This document shows positions 11,984 to 24,846 of a stretch of DNA of 64,000 nt, one piece after another (the first letter of the stretch is position 1; each line of letters starts with the position of its first letter). The stretch is from Azolla caroliniana (lineage: Eukaryota; Plantae; Polypodiophyta). The stretch is taken from NCBI GenBank assembly GCA_043228905.1, contig JBHGNT010000017.1:2356001-2420000 (forward strand). Direction: 5' to 3'. The notes beneath the pieces were generated by a model. The model had not been told where the DNA came from, made no database searches, and saw only the letters and a program-made list of their open reading frames with translations. The position numbers and the translations under genes were made by a program.

Positions 11984-13680
11984 TGTGGTGTGCATGTGTT
12001 CCTTTGTGCCACCCTTTTAGCACACCTGTTTTAGCATGGATGTAGCTAAGCGAACCCAAATGGGTATCTTTGTATTGACTATAAATTGAGCAAGAAGTAG
12101 AGAAGCTAAGTAGGCTGGTTTTGATCTCTTTACGTGCATTTCACATATTGGTGGAGAAGCGAGGTAAAATTTTAGATGGCTAACACCTTGTTCATCGCGT
12201 CCCAACTCCTCGTCGCCTTCGAAGCCGACACCCCTATGAAGTCTAAGTTCCCACAACCTCATGAGCAACCACCCCACCTCCAAATAGAGAAGCTCTTGCC
12301 AGTCCTCTCCAACGCAATGCGTCAAATCAACTTTTGAAACTGATCTCTGGGGTGTTGATGGAAGAACATGCCCCCCACATCCAAGCAGCTTCGCATGTAT
12401 GCACCGTTCTTACCACCATCAATCACTCCACCCACACCAAATAGAGAAGCTCTTGCCAGTCCTGTCCAATGCTATGCGTCAAATCAACTTTTGAAATTGA
12501 TCTCTGGGGTGTTGATGGAAGAACATGTCCCCCACATCCAAGCTCGCACGCAAGCTTGTTGCACCGTCACCTTAGGCAGTCTCACTTTCTCACACCACTT
12601 TTATGTCTTGCCCCACCAACTCTTCCTCCTCACCTTAGGTTGTGATTGGTTCCTCAAGCGTCACACTATAACTAATTTCGTTGCCCACCAAGTTCTTGTC
12701 CCATGAGCTCCCCTGATCCCCTTCCTACACGATAGCCCCCCTGCCCCCCACCTCAGCCAAGTTCATGTGGCCCTCAGTCCACAGGAGCAATTGATCTCCA
12801 TCCACCAATTGTTTGCTCGTTTTCCATCACTAGCCCTGTCCAACTAATATCTAATCAAGGCCGCTAGTTCCACGAGGATGTCCTCAATGCCATTGCATCT
12901 CAACTAGGTGGCAACCAAGTGTTTACGTCCCCATACCATCCCTAGACAAATGGCCTCATTGAACGCCTCAACAAGACCCTCAAGTAGGAAATTCCTGCAT
13001 GAATCAACCCTTTTTGAGCAGTCTATGAACGTGACCCTCGCCTCCCACCAGAATCATCCATTGACATCCATTCCAAACCTACCAACATGGATAATGCCAG
13101 GTGCGGGCTCAATCTCCAACAGATGCTCCCCCTCCTTCGACAAGCCATCTCTTGAAACCTACAAGTCACACAACAATGCCAAACGTAGCATTACGATGTG
13201 GGTCGAATTACCCAACTTATGCTAATAAAACCGTAAGTCCTTGTTTACTTCCCAGTCCGGAAACACAGTCTTAGCGAATCCCTCATGCACCGATGGATCA
13301 GCCCGCTCACCATAGTTCATGCCATCAGATCCACTACGTACTTGCTCCGATGCGATTCCAATGGTTGATTCACCTCCGCCCATGTTGCCTGCATCAAGCC
13401 CTATGCCACACCAGGCCCATCTTTTGGCCCCCATCCTTTCCCCAGGTCGTGAACCTCCTTGTTTCTCTTAGGGGGAAAATGTGGTGTGCATGTGTTCCTT
13501 TGTGCCACCCTTTTAGCACACCCTTTTTAGCATGCATGTAGCTAAGCCAACCCACCCTTTTTAGCACACGTCTTTTTACATGCATGTAGCTAAGCAAACC
13601 CAAATGGGCACCTTTGTATCGACTATAAATTGAGCAAGAAGTAAGAAGCTAAGTAGGTTGGTTTTGATCTCTTTATGTGC
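11984..13680 (+). mobile_element. Small internally deleted Ty3/gypsy-derived LTR element with tRNA-Ala-type PBS
   Basis: LTR 11984-12145 (TGTGG...TCACA), repeated at 13480-13680 (3'-truncated, with internal duplication); PBS TGGTGGAGAAGCG at 12149; PPT AGGGGGAAAA; relics FYVLPHQLFLLTLGCDWF (protease-like) and SPYHP*TNGLIERLNKTL (integrase). Confidence 0.8.
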
Positions 13681-13868
13681 CTCTGTGGCTACCCTCTTTC
13701 CTCCTCCTGCAACACAAGCACAAGCGCAGGAGAGCTGGAGCAGCTACTATTATTGATTGTGATTTGGTTCCATGAGTTTGTATCTCCCTGGGCACTTCTG
13801 GTGGGCTATCCCGTTGGTCTTGCACTTGGATATTCCTCTACCATCCCCTCTCCTCAAAATTGAAGTGA
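13681..13868 (+). pseudogene. RLP fragment (LRRCT + TM)
   Basis: LCGYPLSSSCNTSTSAGELEQLLLLIVIWFHEFVSPWALLVGYPVGLALG then frameshift; followed by a 3' flank homologous to 11610-11935 and 25913-26250. Confidence 0.88.
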
Positions 13869-14327
13869 ATAAGTAGTAGTTGTTGGTGAAGAGAACTGGA
13901 TTGGACTACACATCAGAGGAGTGTCATCATAAAAGCTAATTTGAAATACTCACACGAGGAGCACAATCTCCAACATGAGAATTTAGAACTATGTATAAAT
14001 ATGCCTTTCGAACTTTCTATAAATATGGCTTTCCAACTTTGTATTGTATGCATTTTACTCCATGGACCATGAAAGCATTACATTGCTGATCTTCGTACGT
14101 ATCCATTTTGAAGGCCTAGGTCCATTTCCTTACCTCTCAATTACTCCATATATTTCCTCTTAATTTACCTACATTACCACTCTGGAATGTAGGGGTTGAA
14201 CCCATGATCCGGGTCTCCATTGGACAACCTTACCAAGCTACAGGTCATACTCTTTCTCTCTCTTAATTAGCTTACTTTAGTGGTAAGTTGTTACACTACT
14301 CGCACTACAACTCTAGTTCTCCATACA

Positions 14328-14412
<85 letters not shown>

Positions 14413-14430
14413 ATTCTACATGGTATCAGG
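14328..14430 (+). repeat. Compound (CT)n(CA)n microsatellite ending in an LTR-end/PBS-like ACA TGGTATCAG
   Basis: Direct reading. The same layout occurs at the copia LTR end 33420-33535, but no gag follows here. Confidence 0.6.
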
Positions 14431-14723
14431 TGCAACAAAGGAGTTCAACCCCACCAAGACGTTTGTTGTGTTATACGATAACCGAATGTGCTAATTGATG
14501 CTAATTGATCTTGTTGGACATAGAAGCATTATTAACAAATGCGACTGCAAATGCTGCCCAACTATAATCTTGCACTTATCATATTGAAAAACTTTAATTA
14601 GAAAAAGGATAAAACATGGCATATGACCCTAGAGATCATATTTGGACACTAAAATTTGTTAACCATGGATGATGGAACCAACTTACATGCAAAAATTCAT
14701 TACCCCACAAATAAATGCAATTA

Positions 14724-14793
14724 ATCCTAGTGGTCTTGCACTTGGCATATCCTTTTGCCATCTCCTTTGCTAGAAAAAATTTAAGTGAATTAG
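14724..14793 (+). pseudogene. Short degenerate RLP TM-end fragment
   Basis: tggtcttgcacttggcatatccttttgccatctcct...aagtgaat matches about 4883-4936. Confidence 0.7.
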
Positions 14794-15507
14794 TTTCTCT
14801 GCTTTAAAGAGGAGTCTTATTCAGTATACTTCAAGAAATAATTCTGAATTTATATAGAATATCCTGGTCAAGAATTTTTAAGAATGACATAATTAATCAA
14901 CAACAAAGAAGTATTGTTTTGGCCTAGGAGTGAGAATAAAATAATACTTCATAATTGTTTTCAACCACTAACTTAACAGAATTGGATTAATGTTTGGGAG
15001 GCTAGTGCATAATTGATGTGTAGAATTGGCAGGAATCAAATGCGTTCCTCCCAAACAATGGACATCTCTATAAATACTTAATGCTATAATTAGCAAAATA
15101 GTAGCCAGTAATTAAAATACTGCAAATAAAATACATTTACTTGGCCTTTGGAAATCATGTCTTTGCAATGAATGAAGCTCTGTGGTCATTCATCTATGAA
15201 ATTCTTTTTTGGGAGGAGACGGTTTTCTTAATGTTGATTAACACTCCTCTATTTCACTTCATTGTATCATTGGGATAATCCAATATACCAATGGGGCCTC
15301 CAAGATTTTCATATTTTCATATTTTCAAATATGGTCATTTTTTATTCATGAGGCATGGTTGTTATCATAGTTTAGAATGTAAACATGTGCATCTTGGCAG
15401 GTGCTCAAAAAATACATATTACTTAATAGGCTGCCAACTTGGAATCATAATAACAATCATCACATTTGGCAAATACACAACTAAGGTTAAGGTTCGCGTA
15501 ATTTCAT

Positions 15508-16033
15508 TACATAACTCCTCGTTTGCCTAGCTACCCACAATTCTCTTTATGCGTCCTCTTGGCTGGGGTATACATAACCCATGATTCTTCTTGTAAGAAT
15601 TGACTACATGTAGCATGTCGAGGAAGTGATCATGGATGTATGTATAGATATGCCACGTGATGCCTCCTACATATAATGTGCCTACATATACAATCCATGA
15701 CTCTGTCTATAATATATATATATATCCCTATCGTTTCTCTCTCTTCTATATATATCCATGAATCCTCTACACCATTTGTTTGTTATTCACATCACATATA
15801 TCTACTCCACCCATATATACCTTTGCCACAACACGTCCCATCATGTTTCTCTTATTGCAGACCATCTATGATATGTTTTTGTACAAAGCAAAACTGAAGG
15901 AGTCAAAAAGTGAGTGGGGCCTACAAGCTATTATAACAGGTTCTAATACCACTTACTAGCGAAGAAAGTCACTAATGTACAATTTATTGTACAATATATC
16001 ATTACTCTATATATATGTGTGTATGACTGTATT
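15508..16033 (+). repeat. Second copy of the RLP upstream region
   Basis: Colinear with 1291-1876; homology stops at the hAT-like terminus at 16034. Confidence 0.85.
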
Positions 16034-19000
16034 CAGGGCCTGAATTTGACGGGTTAGTCTTTAAGTTTTTTGACGGGCATGTTTTAAAGATGTATGTCAT
16101 ATGACACAAGAGTGCAAAAACTAACATGTCATTTGACATGTAAGTTTTAATAATGAAAAGCTCTATATGATGCTTCATTATTATACATTTTATTACTAAA
16201 GAAAGTATACAACGATACACAAATAAATATAACTACCTCACAAAGATAATGAAAACATACAAATTGAATACTTAAATCATCATATATTTCTTAAAGCCCA
16301 AAAAACACAAAAAATGTTTATCATACCGTGACTCCTCATATTAAGCATTGTGCAATATGTGTCTACTTCAATGATACTATCTTTCTCTCTTTATCTTCAA
16401 ACCAAAGGTTATATATATCCCTCCAACAAATGTTTGATGTCTCTTGAGAATTGAAGGATATAAACATCAAAGCATCTAAAGTTTCCAAAGATAAACCATT
16501 TCTAATATCATTTTTTATGGTATTTTGACGTGAAAAGCCTCATTCACATGCTGCTGTACTAATAGGAATAGTCAGACATAGTTGCCACAATTGCATAATA
16601 CCTGGAAATAATTGCCACCAAGATTGTGCTTTGCAACAAATATTCCATGCATCATGCATTCCTCTTCCTTTAGCAATTCTAACAAGCATACAAACAAAAT
16701 CTTCTCGCTCATTGAAGCATCTTTTCATGTCAACAATTTGCCTATCAATATTAAACTTCCCAATAAGTTTTTGTAACCATTCCTTTGTCTTTTTCTCTCT
16801 TTCATTTTCCTCAATGGGATATGAACATGGATTAAACAACTTTACAACATTGAAAAATGTAACATCGGGGAAACAATTGTTTAAGGCATCAATAACATGT
16901 TGGACAAAGTCCTTTCCAATGCTAATGCATTCATCCAAACTACCATTTTCCACATTACCATGAAAAATATTCAAGTTGAAATCACTACTATCTTCATTCT
17001 CACTATCAAGACTACTTACTAGTCTTCTTGATCGTTTTGTTACTCCTTTGGGTTTGGAATTGGTATAAACTTCAATGGATGTGAACGACTAACATTATCA
17101 CATCCAATATATGTGAGTATGCCATCTTTCACATTAGATAGAAAGTTTGGAAGAAACATAGACCTGGTGCCAAATGTTTCACAAGATAAATATCATCTTC
17201 GAAGTTTCTCGTGGATGATATCCAAGTGAACACCAAGCATAGTTACATCCATTAATTCCCTTTGGAACTGCTCATTTAATTTATTTAATTCCACAAGAAT
17301 ATCTGCCAATAGGTGTAACATAAATTGCACTTGGAATATAGTAGCATACTCGTACCATTTTTTTTCATGTTTTTCCCATTGTTCTAAAATTGCAAGCATA
17401 AGTGTAACTAGTCTCTCCATTACTTGGCCTCGAGATAACCCTCAAATCACCCTCACCATTACTTGGCCTTGAGAATTTTAAGCACCTTCAAATCACCCTC
17501 ACCATGTTGTTTCATTATTTCTTTTAGCTCCTTGTGTCTATTAGTTGACTTTCCCAACCAAGACTATACTTTATTTGCAAATGCATCAAGGAAGCTAAAC
17601 ACATGTGCATGAGACATTATATATGCATCTTTTATGGCAAGTGCTTCACGATGTGCAATGCAATGCACTCCCAAAATATTAGGCATCATGGATTGAAACT
17701 TAGAAATTGCTCCATTGTTCTTCCCCTACCATAGATGATGCCCCATCACTTGCAAAAGCCACTAGTTTTTTAAAATCTAAATTTCTCTCCAAACTGAATT
17801 CATTGATAGTATTATAGATACCTTTAGCTTTCACATTTTCCACCGGAAGAAGACGCACAAATTTACACTATGGCTCCCCTTTGCCACCTTCACTTAAGTA
17901 CAAGACATAGATAATGAGGTGTTTTTCCAATGTCCGATCTGTGCTTTCATCAATCAAGATTGAGAAAAATGGACTTCCACGAATTTCATCATACAAGAAT
18001 TTTCTTGTGAGGTTCTTAATAGCCATTAAGAATTCTCTGGCAGATTTAGCATTAGCATAAACACCATATTCATTTGAGGCAGGGGCATTTGGAGTACCAA
18101 GTTCTCTTTGTAACTGACATTGTTTTACATATTTCTCTAATGGAATATCATTGCAAGCATAAAAATGAACCAACTTCATGCATAAGATTATCCTCTCATA
18201 TTCTAAATGCATGATTTCTGAAATTTTGATATCCATTGGGCCTTTCACATTTGCATTTTCCTTTTGTATCTTTACATGATGCATGGCACTTCCTATTACA
18301 TGATCGGATGACTTAGCATGCTCATTCAATGAAGACAATTGCATGCTAAGAGATCTACCATCCGTAAAAACATTATTCCTTCTTGCATCTTTACACCACA
18401 TGCATTTAATTTTTTCACCTAATAAGGACTTTGTCAAATATGCCCATGGGTGGAGCAAAGTCCATTGGTTTCTCCACTTTCTTTTTGTTTTATTAGAAGA
18501 AGATGTTGACACATTTACATTTGTGACAACCTCTTCCTCATTATTTGGAGTATCATTAAGATGTGTTCTCTTGCAAAACACACTCTTAATAGAAGGTTGG
18601 TGTGATCTATGTTTTTTGGGGCAGGACATACTCTTGAAACTGAGAGAATTCACAAACCAAGAATAAAAACAAAGATGAGATGGGCAATCAAGGGACCTTG
18701 ATGTAGAGTATGTTGGACTAACATAATCTATGATTTGATTTATAAGAAGGGGAAACACATATATACAATCCATGAAATCCACAAATTAAATATATTCTAA
18801 ATACAATAAGAAGATTAAAATACTTGGGATATATGCAAGATTACGAGGCAATAAAGGATAGTTTCCACTCTAGATCTTCCAATCTATCAAAAAAAAGGGA
18901 AGAAAGATGAAGGCTCACATAGCTTACACGCACATGCAAATCCATGTATGTAAATGTGATAGAAATTGAGGGAACAAATATATTGCAAACAATATTGAAG

Positions 19001-19856
19001 AAAAAGATTAAGAGAAAAAAGTAGTGGATATATTAAAACAAGAGGACAATAAAAATGCTAGGTGATAATGCTCGTCAACTTTTCATGAACCCATAAATAA
19101 TTGAGTTTGAACTCATAAGATGTTATAGAAAATAAAATTGATTGAATGTAAAATGTGAGCATGTTGAGCTTGTTCCATCTTCTATGTTATATTCCTTATA
19201 TAATTGCCGCATATGTTTCTTCAAAACCTTTCTTGACATTTAATCAACATGGTAAGGTAAATATACTTAGGGAGAAAAAAGAAGAGAAATTGGTAGTGTC
19301 TAAAAAAGTTATTCCCTATTAAAAGAGATTCATACACAAAACAAAGATAAGAAAATTCAATGATGGGAGACAAAGGAATCCAATAAAGGAAATGGTTAAC
19401 AATGGCCCTGTCACCGCACGCCCTTCCTTAGTTGAAACTATTGTCAAAAACTAAACCTAAATATGTAAGCATTGAGGAAGTCACGAAACAATCAATGTAC
19501 TCTAAATAGTTGCGATTCAAAAATAGCCATAAGATGACTTGTTGCACATAAAGCATAAACTTGTAAAAAGAATCCAATATTTTATTGGTCCCTCAAATTC
19601 CATGACCATCAAAAAGGGAGACTTTATGTGACTTGGCCATAATAGATGATGATGAAGCTACCGTTATCTACATTGTGGATAGCAATTTCTCTATGAATGA
19701 CAGACAATAAAGGAAAAAGACTTGATGAAAGCACAAGGCAAGAAGATCACATGGCGTTTTTATTCTAGACAAGCAAACATTTTACTTTCCTTGCTTGCTT
19801 GGGAAGCATTACATTGTCCACAAACAAGAGTTTGTATGCTTCCAATATAACATCGT
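16034..19856 (-). mobile_element. hAT DNA transposon relic; left terminus seen, right boundary uncertain
   Basis: CAGGGCCTGAATT at 16034 interrupts the duplicated upstream region and matches hAT-type CAGGG ends; contains a transposase relic; matching TIR and TSD not found. Confidence 0.65.
16363..18629 (-). pseudogene. hAT transposase (ZNF862/DUF4371-like with C-terminal dimerisation domain), disrupted
   Basis: CMWC...H zinc finger; FFSILIDESTD; ASDGASSM; HCIAHREAL; LTIPISTAACE*GFSRQNTIKNDIRN; split over ORFs 17868-18782, 17193-17420 and 16540-16974. Confidence 0.9.
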
Positions 19857-19970
19857 TGTCAGGAATAATACTAAACAGAGATAGGATTAGTACTAAACAG
19901 AGAGAGAATTAGTACTAGAGAAGGGAAGTACTATTAGAACTAAGGGGACGGGACTGCGTAAGACTCCCGA

Positions 19971-21408
19971 GAAAGAAAGAAAGAAAGAAAGATATATTAA
20001 CGTCTTCTAAGGCCAAAATTGGCCCATGAGACAAATGGTGTACAACAAAAATGGGATATTTACCCATTCATCGAAAGTAAAAATAAAAATAAGATAAAAT
20101 AGAGTTTAAGCTAAATAGTTCTAAGAAAACAACAAACATATTCTATATAAAAAACATGTTCTACAATGAGAAATGATTCTATACTAGGCCTAATTTCATT
20201 TCCATCCAAGTCTCTCGAAGAGAAGCGGGGGGTCAAAGGGTTGCCATGTGGATGTGGCCCGTGGTCCCCATGTAAGAGGTACCCCAACCATAGCTTCGAG
20301 TCGACGTAGCTCACGTTCCCTTATCTTCTTAATCTTTTCTACTCCACGTTGACTTGTGTTGAAGCCCAACATCCGAGGACGTTTGGTTGCTCTTTGTATT
20401 TCTGCTTCCTCAAGGGAGAGGCCGAGCGGCATAAGTGTATCCACATTCATCGTCTCCCCATGTTCCTGAAAAATTACACTAGGTACATGTTGATGAGTAG
20501 TAAAAGGGTTATGATTAACACTTTGTAATTTATCCTCCCTATGTTGTTTTAGCTCTAAGATATACCTACCTAGTCTCTTTACACTCGGGGTATCTAATAG
20601 TTTGGAGAGGGTGGGAGAGGGTCCTAGTATGTCTTGGTATTCCGCCCGTATCTCGGCATAAGTTGGGCACTTGCATGTGAAGTGATACTCATCCTCTATC
20701 TCTATGTGGCATAACCTACATAGCCTTTCCTCTCTAGGGACTCTATTAGCTCGACCATTCTCAATCTCAAGTTGGTGAGATGATATCCTAAGTTGTCCAA
20801 TGGCCACCCTTAGTGCATTTGATAAGAAAGTATCTAGGTATCTTGGTCGTGTAATAAACCCTAACTTAGAGAAGTGCAAGAAGTGTTCCTTATAGTACAC
20901 CATTTTAGATGGGAGTGGCTCTCGTGGGGTGATCCATTTGTATCGAGTGTAGATTTGCCATATTTCTTGGCGTATCACTTTATTACGATCTTCACGAGAG
21001 ATTAAAGTTTGATCAGTCCCATGGTTGTACTTAAGGGGAGGTAGGTTATTAATGTCTATGCCATTTGCAAATAACCAACTCACCACAATGCTATACCAAG
21101 AGTTAGTGTCTCCAGACACATGTAAGGATCGGGATGCCTCAAAGGCTCGACGGGATATCCTATCTTGTGGTTGACTATGTATCCGATGAATAAAAGCTAC
21201 CACTTGAAAGAGTGCTTCTACTAACATCGGGGGTAGGCTAAACTCCGCTCTAATAATGTCATGTGGTACTGTCGATTTGCTTCGGAGTTGACGTGATAAC
21301 ATCACCACTAAAGGTCTCTCCAATTGCGTCCACATGAAAGATGGTAGACCTGGAGCCCATACTACTGATGCATACATGAGGGACAGGGTCACTAATGAGT
21401 CGAAAAGG
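19971..21408 (-). mobile_element. 5'-truncated non-LTR retrotransposon (RTE-X-like by inference) with (TTTC)n tail
   Basis: ORF 20196-21392 with LRISSHQLEIENGR...RLCRLC...EDEYHF..KC.TY C-terminal CCHC; (GAAA)5 at 19971-19990; sits between two halves of a chromovirus LTR. Confidence 0.8.
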
Positions 21409-21436
21409 TTTAGGGTTTAGGGTTTAGGGTTTAGGG
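21409..21436 (+). repeat. Interstitial plant telomeric repeat (TTTAGGG)4
   Basis: Four perfect units at the LINE/LTR junction. Confidence 0.95.
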
Positions 21437-22904
21437 GAACAGAGGAGAGAGAGAGAGAGAGAGAGAGATAGTGAGGACGAGAGATGATGATAACAGATTA
21501 TATATTATAAGAAGAGTAAGTACAAAAGGGCTATGAGGCTAAAGACTGGCGTTGAACCAATTTGGTTCAACATAATGCCTAGTGCCCTCTTTTGTAGTGT
21601 TCTCAGGAGTAATCCTGAAGCTTCTAGAATGTTCCAGAGAAATATGGAATATACATTGATTTCCTATAACAAAATGTAAATAAAAATAATATCCTACGTA
21701 TTACAATAGATGATATAATGGTCAAGAGCTCGACCCATATAACCTAAGGTCATGGGTTCGAGTCTTGCCATATCATGACACTATCCCCCCTTTAAAACGA
21801 CGAGTGTCATGAGTCGTTTTGGATAGAGGACCCGATTTGTGTGGATATTGCCGATGGAAGTCTTCAAGAAGCGCACGAGCATTGGTCACATTCTCGATCG
21901 GTTCCCAAGTATGTTCGCTGGGACTATAGCCTAGCCAATCGACTAGATAGTAGAGCTTGTTGCGAACAATCTTTGAATCAAGGATGGCGGCAACCTCGTA
22001 CTCCGGTCCATCTTCAAGCTCGATCGGGGGTGGAGGTTGTATAATACGCCTTGAGATGGTGCTCTCGTGATAGGGTTCAAGGAGAGAACTATGAAACACC
22101 GGATGTATCCGAAGTTGAGGAGGTAGAGCGACATCATTAATCTTCCTGATAATACGGAAAGGACCTAATCGCCGATAATCCAACTTCTCACATGGGCGAG
22201 TAGTCTTGATGTGTCGTCGTAGCAGCCACACCCGATCTCCAATGTTAAAACTAGATGGAAGTCGATGACGATCCGCGTAGACCTTGTGTGTTTGTTGAGC
22301 TTGCTGGAGATGAGTACATAAATCTTCTTGTATCTTGCGTAATTGCTCCAAACGATCCTCCGCGCAAGGATTTATGGACACCTCTAGGGTTTCAAGTACA
22401 CTCCACCGAGGGTGACATCCCGTATAAGCATAAAATGGCAAAACTTTAGTCGATGCGTGGATAGAGTTATTATAGGCAAATTCGGCGAAGTGGAGAATAT
22501 CTACCCAGTTATCCTGATGATAGCTGAGAAAGCACCGCAAATACTGCTCTAGCGTTTGATTTGTTCGTTCGGCTTGGCCGTCGGTTTGTGGGTGGTAGCC
22601 GGAGGAGAGGTTATAAGTGACCTTGAGCATTTAAAAAGGTGCTTCCAGAATTTTGACACGAACTAGGGTCCACGATCGCTGACGATACTATCGGGGAGTC
22701 CATGATGCCGACATACTTCACGCATGACAATTTCGGCGGTGTCTTCACTTGAGATTTCCTTAGTACATGGCAAGAAATGAGCCATCTTCGTATATCGATC
22801 TACCACTATTAGAATCGCATTGAATCCCTTAGAGACTGGAAGATCTGTGATGAAGTCGAGAGCAATGGATTGCCATGGCTTGCTTGGAATTGGTAATGGT
22901 TCTA

Positions 22905-23201
22905 GGGTGAAAGCATGCGAATGGAAACACTATTATAGCTATTTAGCTGCTAAAATGACTACAGCTAAATAGATTTTTTTATAGCTAATTTTTAGTAGGA
23001 AGATCTTAAAGATACGTATCATTTATTATGGAGATAGAAATATTACCATTTATGGTCCACTGTTTAGCTAGTCTTTTTCTTAGATCAATTTCTAATCATC
23101 CCTAAATTTGCCAAAATATAAAGATTACATGTAGCTTTTTAGATAGCTAATTAGCTATGTCAAGGACATAGCTAATTGTTCCCATTCCCATGCTTTCACC
23201 C
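22905..23201. mobile_element. MITE with 25-bp TIRs in the chromovirus C integrase
   Basis: GGGTGAAAGCATGCGAATGGAAACA...TGTTCCCATTCCCATGCTTTCACCC (2 mismatches); flanked by TCTA on both sides; removal restores GLLEPLPIP; internal TAGCTA repeats. Confidence 0.9.
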
Positions 23202-24846
23202 TCTAATAAACCATAGGGATGATGCCTCAGCATTTTCGCTCTGCAGCATGTCACAAGTCCGAACAAACTCTTCGACAAATTGTCGCATACGAGGCCACCA
23301 GAATGATCATTGTACTAAATCTAATGTTTTAGTACTACCAAAATGCCCAGCTCTATATGTGTCATGACAGTTTTGTACTACTCGAAGGCGGCAAGAACCA
23401 TTAGGAACATACAAAAGTTCTTTAAAGAAAAGTAATCCATCATGGTATTTGAATTGCCGATAGTCCGTACCTTATGGTTGTGACTGTGAACACGACGCTC
23501 GAGAGGGATCAATCTGTGCTAGTATAGCTTGGGCGAAAGCATCTGTCTTCAGGTCCGCACATATGATATTGATAACGTGGGAATCCATGGGCATGCCAAA
23601 AACTTGTGTTGCTTGTAGTCGTGCCGGTCCCAAGATTACTTGCTTTTGGTTATCAAAAGCCGGCTCGCCGGGACGCGGTGTTAGATACGAACGCCATGAT
23701 AATGCATCTGCCTTCCCTTGGTGCTTCCCCGGACGATATGTAATTTTGAAGTCGAAACGCGTGAGGAAGTGGGTCCACCGAGCTTGACGTCGATTTAACA
23801 CTCGAGCATCTTGAAAGTAGGCAAGGTTTTTATGATCACTGAATACGGTGACTTGATGAGAGGACCCCTCTAAAAAATGCCTCCATTGCATAAACGAGTC
23901 CACTATTGCCAATACCTCCTTATCATGAATTTCGTAATTGATTTCGGCGGCGTCAAACTTGCGTGAGTGAAAAGCCACAGGATGTAGCTTCTCATCATGA
24001 CCCCGTTGTGACAGAATGCTCCCCAATGCGAAATCCGATGCATCAGCTTCGATAATGAATGGTAGTTCCGGATCGACATGAGCTAGAATTGGAGCCGATG
24101 TAAATGCCTTTTTAAGACTCTCGAAAGCCATATCTGCTTCTTCAGACCAAACGAACGATTGTCCCTTCTTGGTAAGCTGTGTGAGAGGCAGAACGAGCTT
24201 TGAGTAGTCTTGTATAAACTTCCGGTAAAAATTGGCAAACCCTAAAAAGCATTGCACATCCCGCACCGAGCGCGGAGCCTGCCATTCTACCACCGTCTTG
24301 ACCTTAGCTGGGTCCATGGAGATGCCTTCTGAGGAAATGACGTAGCCAAGAAATTCCATCTGGTTGCACCCAAAACTACATTTTTCTAGCTTTGCGTAAA
24401 GACCATGTTCTCGAAGTCGTTTTAGTACTAACAGTACATGAGAATCATGCTCTTCTTCGGTCTTTGAATAAACCAGTAGATCATCCAAGTAGATGATCAG
24501 ACACACATCCAAGAGATCTCGGAATATATCATTTGCCATGTGCTGGAAGACGGCTGGACCATTAGTGAGGCCGAACGACATGACCGTATACTCGAAGTGC
24601 CCATATCTAGTGCCGAATGCGGTCTTCCATTCATCTCCTGGTCGGATCCGTACGAGGTTATAGGCCCCCCCCCGTAAGTCGATCTTTGTGAAGAACCTGG
24701 CACCATTGATCCGTTCTAAAAGACTTGAGATAAGGGGAAGTGCATACCTATTGCGGATTGTAACTTTATTCAAGCCACGGTAGTCTACCACCAGACGAAG
24801 TGAGCCATCCTTTTTCTTGACGAAGAAAATGGGTGCGCCGGCTGGA

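Noticed and set aside
19396-19418. GGCCCTG as the right TIR of the hAT element
   Set aside because: Only 7 nt match the left end, and the following bases do not repeat the expected 8-bp TSD ACTGTATT.
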